A DNA stretch of 5,274 bases from Octopus sinensis (lineage: Eukaryota): NCBI RefSeq assembly GCF_006345805.1, contig NW_021830103.1, forward strand, positions 1-5,274. Reading direction: 5' to 3'. The notes under the pieces are model-generated. The model was not told the origin of the DNA, made no database searches, and was given only the letters and a program-made list of their open reading frames with translations. Shown here piece after piece: positions 1-5,274 of the stretch; position 1 is the stretch's first letter, and every line of letters starts with the position of its first letter. The translations under genes were made by a program, and so were the position numbers.

Positions 1-378
1 AACAAAAATTGTCGATAACCATTATGATTTATGCGTCTCGAAACAAACCGATAGAAATCTCTAAAAAGTTCGTTATTACCGGATTCTATCACTCTGTGAA
101 CGTTTCTAGTTCGAATCACACTTGTCTCGAGGTGTGCCGAAGATTTTTCTATTTTGGATATATTTGGAGTACTTAAGTCTGCTCAGGACTTGGTGCTTGC
201 TTTTTCCATGGGTATGAGTAAGTATTTCACTTATATCTCGCGTATTTGCCGCTGAAGAAGGGAAAATTTTCTTATGAATTAACCCCGAAATTGGATCGGT
301 AATAACGAATTTTTTAGAGATTTCTATCGGTTTGTTTCGAGACGCATAAATCATAATGGTTATCGACAATTTTTTGTT
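1..378. repeat. Long inverted repeat: arms 1-81 and 297-378 around a 215-bp spacer; left arm probably continues beyond the window edge
   Basis: 1-81 (aacaaaaattgtcgataacc...ttcgttattaccg) is the reverse complement of 297-378 (cggtaataacgaa...ggttatcgacaattttttgtt), apart from one substitution (g68) and a 1-nt indel in the A/T run. Confidence 0.95.
244..310 (+). ncRNA. Degenerate type I hammerhead ribozyme-like motif (HHR-1)
   Basis: CTGAAGA 252-258; stem II ggg 260-262/ccc 283-285 plus aatt/aatt; GAAA 287-290; wobble-rich quasi-palindromic stem III ttgg-a-tcgg 291-299; UH = ta 300-301. Stem I pairs only distally (atttg 244-248/cgaat 306-310). Confidence 0.45.
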
Positions 379-506
379 TCGGCATATTTGGCATTAGAAT
401 TTTTCTTCTGCTCTTATCTTGTAAATTATTTATAAATTTAACCTTTAAAGGCATTTTTTGATATGATGGCCATTGATAAAATTTTTCCCGAAAAAAAATT
501 TATCCT

Positions 507-659
507 ATATTAATTATATATATATTAATATATATATATATATATAATATATATATATATTATATATACATACAATATATATATATATGTAAAATATGTA
601 TATATATATGTATATATATACATACATAAATATATATATATTATATATTATTATAATAA
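507..659. repeat. Imperfect (TA)n microsatellite
   Basis: Long interrupted tatata run. Confidence 0.95.
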
Positions 660-783
660 TGGGCCTGCTCGCTTAGCCAGCGGAGTAGCGTCATTTGGAG
701 GCTAACAAACAATGCGAAGCGCATTGTGACCAGCGATGTGTAGCAACATCTGATAGCCTGGTCGGTCACGGTGATCACGGTGA
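660..783 (+). mobile_element. 5'-truncated 3' end of a SINE/LINE-type retroposon
   Basis: GC-richer island between TA tracts (gggcctgctcgcttagccagc...gcattgtgaccagcgatgtg...) ending in a short tandem tail (gtcacggtgatcacggtgat). Resembles an octopus interspersed-repeat 3' end from memory; not searched. Confidence 0.55.
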
Positions 784-811
784 TATATATATATATATAC
801 ATATATATATA
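784..811. repeat. (TA)n microsatellite
   Basis: atatatat...acatatatatat. Confidence 0.9.
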
Positions 812-1085
812 CGACACCTATACCTCCACGAGGCTCCGGCAGTGGATGGTGGCGGCGAACCCTGCTGTGCTCTTTCACAAAAACTTTCTTCACCCATTTT
901 TCCTGTATTTCAAAAAAAAGGGCCAGCCTTGTCACACTCTGTGTCACGCTGAATCTCCCTCAGAACTATATTAATGGTACACGTATCTGTAGAGTACTCA
1001 GCCACTTGCACGTTAATTTCATGAGCAGGCTGTTCCGTTGATTGGATCAACTGGAACCCACATCGTCGTAACCGATGGAGTGCCA
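812..1085 (+). mobile_element. 5'-truncated SINE body and 3' region (octopus-type)
   Basis: cctgtatttcaaa..gggccagccttgtcacactctgtgtcacgctgaatctcc...gcaggctgttccgttgattggatcaactggaaccc..cgtcgtaaccgatggagtgcca matches my recollection of an abundant octopus SINE 3' half. No tRNA-like head is present in this copy. Confidence 0.6.
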
Positions 1086-1297
1086 TATTTCAACGTTCTT
1101 TACTCCAAACCAGTTTTGGTTTTATAACTCTCGTCGGCTACGAAGACAGAAAAAAGTAAAGACCAATGGACGAATAGTTAAATGGAACTTGAAATATGGC
1201 TTTTAATAAGTCAACGAGATATAAATTATTATTCTTGGTTTGTTGTTGTTCTTCTTTTCTTTATTTTTATTCTTTTCGGTATTGATTCCGTCTGAAA

Positions 1298-1313
1298 TTT
1301 TTTTTTTTTTTTT
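1298..1313. repeat. Poly(T) tract
   Basis: Run of about 16 T. Confidence 0.9.
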
Positions 1314-1383
1314 GTGTACTATAGACATTTGTTAATGTACAAGACAAACCATTCAGCTCTAATATACAAACATTCACACGTGA

Positions 1384-1454
1384 TACACACACACACATAT
1401 ATATATATGTATATATACGCACATACACACGTATACACACAAACATGTATAGAG

Positions 1455-1493
<39 letters not shown>

Positions 1494-1743
1494 ACATATA
1501 CATGTCCACATGGACGTATGCGCATACGTATAAATATGTTGATACACAGAGAGAAAGAGGACACAGACAGACAGGCAGACAAGCAGACAGAAAGATTTAT
1601 ACATACTCACACACCCACTCACACACATGTATGTAAGTGCGAACATCTATACACACATACATATACAAGCATATGTATATGACAGGGATAGAGAGATAGA
1701 GAGGGAGGAGGAGACAGACAGAAAGATTTATATATGCACACAC
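1384..1743. repeat. Compound low-complexity block of (CA)n, (TA)n, (GA)n and (GACA)n
   Basis: Alternating purine-pyrimidine and GACA/GA runs; gacagaaagatttata occurs twice (about 1586 and 1717). Confidence 0.9.
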
Positions 1744-1848
1744 CAACATATTATGAGTATGGAATTCTAAATTGGGCCTGTGTTAGAAAATCGATGGTTT
1801 TTTTATGGAAAATATGGACGGAGGTTTCCATCATTTATCAATTTGACA

Positions 1849-1966
1849 GACAAAAATGCTTATCGACACTTTTTGCTCTTTACGTTCCAAGTCAACTTTG
1901 CTTTTCGTCCTTTCGAGATCGATGAAATAAGTACAAGCTGAACACTGGAATCAACGTAATCGACTA
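1849..1966 (+). mobile_element. Degenerate, internally deleted copy of the same tRNA-derived SINE family as 3203-3420
   Basis: aaatgcttatcgac...tacgttc / gtcaactttgcttttcgtcctttcgagatcgatgaaataagtacaagctgaacactggaatcaacgtaatcgact aligns by eye with the minus-strand SINE (aaatgcttagcag...atgttc...ttttgtctttcatcctttcggggtcgataaattaaataccaattgtgtactggagtcgatctaatcgatt). The B-box segment is missing. Confidence 0.75.
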
Positions 1967-3185
1967 GAGTAATCCCTCACCATGCCTTGGTTCACCTATC
2001 GCGCCTTCAGTACATCGCAATTCACCGATCGCGCACTCAGTATATCGCGGTTCACCTATCGCACACTCAGAACATCGCGGTTCACCCGTCACACATTCAG
2101 AACATCGCGGTTCACCTATCGTGCACTCAGTACATCACGGTTCACCCATCATACACTCAGAACATCGCGGTTTACCTATCGCGCCCTCAGTACAGCGCAG
2201 TTCACCTATTACGCCCCCAAAACATTGCGGTTCACCTATCAGGGTTCACCTATCGCGCCCTCAGAACATCGTGGTTCACCCGTCGCGCATTCAGAACATC
2301 GCGGTTCACCTATCATGAACTCAGTACACCGCAATTCACCCATCACGCCCTCAGTGCATCGCGGTCCACCTATCGTGCCCTCAAAGCATCGCGGTTCACT
2401 TATAACAGTTCACCTATCGCGCACTCAGTACATCACGGTTCACCTGTCACAAACTCGATACATCACGATTCACCTATCACGGTTCACTTATTGCGCACTC
2501 CGAACATTGCGGTTCATCTATCGTGCCCTCAGTAGATCGTGGTTCACCCATTACGCCCTCACTACATTGCGGTTCTCCTATCGCAAACTCAATACATCGT
2601 GATTCACCAATCGCGGTTCACCTATTGCGCACTCAGTACATCGCGGTTCAGCTATTGCGCATTCAGTACATCACGGTTCACCTATCGCGCACTTAGTACA
2701 TTGCGGTTCTCCTATCGCAAACTCAATGCATCGCGGTTCACCTATCACACACTCAGAACATCGCGGTTCACCTATCGCGCCCTCAGTATATCGCGGTTTA
2801 CCTATTGTGCACTCAGAACATCGCAATTCACCCATCGAGCACTCAGTACATCGCAGTTCACCTAGCTCGCTCTCAAAACATCGCGGTTCACTCATCGCGG
2901 TTCACCTATCGCGCACTCTGTACATCGCGGTTCACCTATCGCAAACTCAATACATCGCAGTTCACCAATCGTGCCCTCAGTACATCGCGGTTCACCTATC
3001 GCGCACTCAATACATCATGGATTTTTTGGCTAATATATATAAATTTATATCGCGGTATCCTCTATATAACGCGAGTTCCTGCGGCCGATAGGTATTTAAA
3101 TTTTTTAGATTTTAATTATTTCTGTGGTAAAATAAGCATTTTCACGCCTAAAAAGTAATAAATAAAAATACAGTACTGCACTGTA
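1967..3185 (+). mobile_element. Putative pogo/Tigger-like (Tc1/mariner superfamily) non-autonomous DNA transposon left end, with its subterminal motif expanded into a minisatellite; right TIR not seen
   Basis: TA (1965-66) is followed by gAGTAATCCCTC, resembling the TA|CAGT..CCC(T/C)C starts of Tigger/pogo TIRs. It runs into the array and exits through atcatggatttttt, with another tatcgcgg at 3048-3055. The right boundary is approximate. Confidence 0.5.
1989..3018. repeat. 30-bp minisatellite, consensus GGTTCACCTATCGCGCACTCAGTACATCGC: 32 full units plus five 14-bp half units
   Basis: Full units start at 1989-2199 (8), 2243-2363 (5), 2407 and 2437 (2), 2481-2571 (4), 2615-2855 (9), 2899-2989 (4). 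Half units start at 2229, 2393, 2467, 2601 and 2885. 32x30 + 5x14 = 1030 bp. Confidence 0.98.
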
Positions 3186-3202
3186 TAACACATTAATTAG
3201 AA

Positions 3203-3420
3203 AATATTCATTTCTTCTCTAGACACAAGGCCCGAAATTATGGGGAGGAGGCCAATCGATTAGATCGACTCCAGTACACAATTGGTATTTAATTTATCGA
3301 CCCCGAAAGGATGAAAGACAAAACAGACCTCGGCGGAATTTGAGCTCAGAACATTAATACAGACGAAATACTGCTAAGCATTTGCTCGGCGTGCTAACGT
3401 TTCTGCCAGCTTCGCTGCCT
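3203..3420 (-). mobile_element. Near full-length tRNA-derived SINE with a Meta-domain-like central region (octopus-type)
   Basis: Minus strand: GGCagcgaagc start; A-box-like TGGCAGAAACGTTAG (3408-3394); B-box-like GCTCAAATTCC (3345-3335); central ctttcatcctttcggggtcgataaattaaatacc resembling the MetaSINE core as I recall it; tail ggccttgtgtctagagaagaaatgaatatt. Confidence 0.85.
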
Positions 3421-3421
3421 T

Positions 3422-3478
<57 letters not shown>

Positions 3479-3496
3479 TATAAGTATGTATATATA

Positions 3497-3529
<33 letters not shown>

Positions 3530-3541
3530 GTGTGTGTGTTG

Positions 3542-3573
<32 letters not shown>

Positions 3574-3602
3574 TATATATTTTTATATATATAATATATA
3601 TA
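3422..3602. repeat. Compound (CA)n-(TA)n-(TG)n-(TA)n microsatellite
   Basis: Read directly from the sequence. Confidence 0.97.
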
Positions 3603-3792
3603 TCGCTCGAAGATTGACCGTTTTTTCTAAAGGGCCAATCAAACAAGTCCATTTCTTTTTAAGGTGTAGCGTTTGTAAGAGTCTAGATTGAATTGATATA
3701 TCGGTTCTATTCTAGAAAAAAACTGTCTGATGAACAGCAACGAAAAACTCAGAGTAACAGATTTTGTTGAATTTTCTGCTGCTTAAAAAAAA

Positions 3793-3793
<1 letters not shown>
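3603..3793 (+). mobile_element. Short hammerhead-bearing module between (TA)n tracts (putative PLE pLTR or retrozyme-like fragment)
   Basis: About 190 bp of complex sequence bounded on both sides by (TA)n. Contains a hairpin (tctaga..gaattgat/atcggttc..tctaga, 3682-3715) immediately before HHR-2. Confidence 0.5.
3718..3765 (+). ncRNA. Degenerate minimal type I hammerhead ribozyme (HHR-2)
   Basis: Stem I ctgt 3723-26/acag 3757-60, extended by aaaa/tttt; CTGATGA 3727-33; vestigial stem II; gaaaaa 3742-47 (G12 lost or two extra As); stem III a-ctc-a-gag-t 3747-55; cleavage triplet GTA ending at 3756. Confidence 0.65.
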
Positions 3794-3841
<48 letters not shown>

Positions 3842-3915
3842 AATATATATATATTTTGTATATTATATATGTATATATATATATGTATATATAATATATA
3901 TATATGTATATATAA

Positions 3916-3962
<47 letters not shown>

Positions 3963-4017
3963 TTATGTATATATAATATATATATATATAATATTTATGT
4001 ATATATATATATATATA
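3794..4017. repeat. Long imperfect (TA)n microsatellite
   Basis: About 220 bp of TA repeats with tatg/taa interruptions. Confidence 0.97.
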
Positions 4018-4090
4018 TGGCGGTGCCCCAGCATGGCCACAGCTCATAAGCTGAAACTGGAAAAATCAAAATCAAAAAAAAAATCAAATA
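4018..4090 (+). mobile_element. Extremely 5'-truncated LINE/SINE 3' terminus with stem-loop and A-rich tandem tail
   Basis: tggcggtgccccagcatggccacagctcataagctgaaactgg with hairpin cagct-cata-agctg (4040-4053), followed by an (aaaatc)n tail. This is the usual layout of a retroposon 3' end. Confidence 0.65.
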
Positions 4091-4091
4091 A

Positions 4092-4114
4092 TATATATAT
4101 ATATATATATATAT
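4092..4114. repeat. (TA)n microsatellite
   Basis: Perfect TA run. Confidence 0.95.
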
Positions 4115-4519
4115 ACTTAATCATGTCGAAGTGAAATGGAAATTAATAGAAATTTTTACTTCCAGTAGCCTAGCGTGTAAAAAATTAGTCCAAAGACTAT
4201 GTATTACTCATGAAATTAGGATGTATAAACAAGAGGCATATAATTGATTGCCTCGTGTTTTATGTATTTAATCTAAGGTGTACCTGTTGACGACGATTTC
4301 ACCTAGCGAATATTACTTTATTTGCTAAACTAAAATCAGAAACCAATTGGTCCAGGAAACTAGATGGTAAAAGTTTATTTTTTCATTTCGTTCCTTTTGG
4401 GATTTTATCCCTAATTTTGTGGTTATGGAACCTAGTTGTTCTTTCTAGCGTGATGAATCCCACGAGTGGATTCCTTATGTGTTTAAATGTATACTGTATT
4501 TTATGAGTAATACATAGTC
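4115..4519 (+). mobile_element. About 400-bp hammerhead-bearing module flanked by (TA)n on both sides (putative PLE solo pLTR or retrozyme-like element)
   Basis: Bounded by perfect TA tracts at 4092-4114 and 4520-4541. Contains several hairpins and the near-intact HHR-3. Confidence 0.6.
4271..4365 (+). ncRNA. Near-intact type I hammerhead ribozyme (HHR-3), predicted cleavage after GUC at 4352
   Basis: Stem I cctg 4283-86/cagg 4353-56, with distal atcta 4271-75/tagat 4361-65; core TTGACGA 4287-93 (C3U variant of CUGANGA); stem II gattt 4295-99/aaatc 4333-37 and tagcgaata 4304-12/tatttgcta 4319-27; GAAA 4339-42; palindromic stem III ccaattgg 4343-50; U16.1 = 4351, C17 = 4352. Confidence 0.8.
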
Positions 4520-4541
4520 TATATATATATATATATATATA
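4520..4541. repeat. (TA)n microsatellite
   Basis: Perfect TA run. Confidence 0.95.
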
Positions 4542-4622
4542 AAAGTTGAGTTGTGGGGTATCGCACGAGTGGGATTATATAAGAAAAAAGGTTTGAAAAT
4601 GCAATTTAAACGATGTTTATTT

Positions 4623-4663
4623 ACTTAACCGGTTTCACTCTTTGGTAAAAGATTGTCAAAAGT
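4623..4663 (-). ncRNA. Degenerate minimal type I hammerhead ribozyme (HHR-4)
   Basis: Minus strand reads actt-TTGACAA-t-ctttt-acca-aagag-t-GAAA-ccgg-TT-aagt. Stem I actt/aagt, stem II ctttt/aagag (one G-U pair), palindromic stem III accggt. The core differs from CUGANGA at two positions, both transitions. Confidence 0.6.
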
Positions 4664-4676
4664 TACATTTAAGGAA

Positions 4677-4814
4677 ACATTGAATAATATGGGTTCAAAA
4701 AAAGTTTTTTACATAATTGTCACATTGAATATTATGCATTCAAAAAAGTTTTTACATAATTGTCACATTGGATATTATGAATTCAAAAATGTTTTTTATA
4801 CATATTGTCACATT
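4677..4814. repeat. Three tandem copies of a 43-45-bp unit
   Basis: acattgaatattatg..ttcaaaaa.gttttt.acata.ttgtc at 4677-4721, 4722-4764 and 4765-4809. Confidence 0.9.
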
Positions 4815-5240
4815 ACATGTATAAATATAGTGTTTGGTAACAGAGAAGTTCAATAGTGTGATGAGAATATTTGGGAAAATTGGCAGAAAAGGATAAAAAA
4901 CAAATATATTATTGGGAATTGGTTGCGTTAATTATTGGTTGTCGCAAATTGTCACATTACATGTATATATATACAATCTTCGGTATATATATACAGCCTT
5001 TTGACAGCAAAAATTAAAATGGATTTTTTATACATCTCAGAATATTTTAAGTACAAGGCGAGAATATGTTTTTACTGACCTGTTGGTATTAGCAGAAAGG
5101 CTGAACTGAGAGAACAGAGGAAGTAGCCAATGTGGTGTATACTTCCCCTTTATGCATGAATGATTTTGGGGTTATCAGGAGGTTAGTATGCGGGTGTGAA
5201 TAGATGTGTCCGTGCCCGCTGGTCAGATAGCGTCTGTTTG

Positions 5241-5274
5241 TCACACACATATACACCACACACACACCACACAC
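5241..5274. repeat. Imperfect (CA)n microsatellite running off the window edge
   Basis: cacacacatatacaccacacacacaccacacac. Confidence 0.85.

Larger units (their letters stand above)
1..510 (+). mobile_element. Putative non-autonomous Penelope-like (PLE) pseudo-LTR fragment with inverted partial duplication, ending in a (TA)n tract
   Basis: Contains a CTGAAGA...GAAA hammerhead-like core (252-290). The segment downstream of the core is duplicated in inverted orientation at 1-81, and the module ends at the TA tract near 507. Hammerhead-bearing pLTRs and inverted partial copies are known PLE traits. Family assignment is inference. Confidence 0.45.
4542..4970 (-). mobile_element. Minus-strand hammerhead-bearing module abutting (TA)n (putative PLE pLTR-like fragment)
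   Basis: Begins at the TA tract and contains HHR-4 and internal tandem duplications. The right boundary is uncertain. Confidence 0.45.

Noticed and set aside
106-369. 87-aa minus-strand ORF
   Set aside because: Lies in the inverted-repeat module and has no recognisable domain.
1100-1145. Possible fifth hammerhead on the minus strand (CCGACGA-gagtt..aacc-AAAA-ctgg-tt)
   Set aside because: Both core boxes are mutated and stem I is not in register; too degenerate to support, though worth checking against a family consensus.
695-1682. ORFs rich in YI/HT/CV dipeptides
   Set aside because: Translations of microsatellites and SINE fragments.
1989-3018. CRISPR array
   Set aside because: Units are contiguous with no unique spacers, there are no cas genes, and the context is eukaryotic.
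1982-3158. Repeat-protein ORFs of up to 206 aa (SRFTYRALST, IAVHLSRTQY, HRGSPIAHSV)
   Set aside because: The 30-bp unit is stop-free in all three forward frames, 14-bp half units shift the frame, stops are scattered, and no frame is preferentially preserved.
3169-3185. tacagtactgcactgta as the right TIR of the Tigger-like element
   Set aside because: Only ACTG|TA matches; the expected GAGGGATT portion is absent.
3330-3420. tRNA gene
   Set aside because: A/B-box-like motifs are present but no cloverleaf forms, and the sequence continues into a SINE body and tail.
3374-4134. YIYIYI-type ORFs
   Set aside because: Translations of (TA)n and (CA)n tracts.
4450-4475. GTGATGA followed by an atcc/ggat stem as a hammerhead core
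   Set aside because: No GAAA or stem III follows.
4653-5274. 67-aa and 61-aa ORFs; possible exon at 5040-5240
   Set aside because: Short, with no recognisable motifs or convincing splice context; the first overlaps the 44-bp tandem repeat. A small exon cannot be fully excluded without transcript data.

Overview
Non-coding, AT-rich eukaryotic DNA made almost entirely of repeats. I find no credible protein-coding gene: every ORF in the track is an artefact of microsatellites, the 30-bp array or repeat sequence. The SINE and retroposon fragments resemble octopus (coleoid cephalopod) repeats as I recall them; this is unverified. The window contains many (TA)n/(CA)n tracts, two oppositely oriented copies of a tRNA-derived SINE, three 5'-truncated retroposon 3' ends, an 81-bp inverted repeat at the left edge and a 1030-bp 30-mer minisatellite that appears to have grown out of the end of a pogo/Tigger-like DNA transposon. 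The most interesting signal is four separate modules, each abutting (TA)n tracts and each carrying a type I hammerhead-ribozyme fold with a palindromic stem III (244-310 +, 3718-3765 +, 4271-4365 +, 4623-4663 -). The copy at 4271-4365 is nearly intact. The set suggests several families of microsatellite-associated, non-autonomous Penelope-like or retrozyme-like elements.
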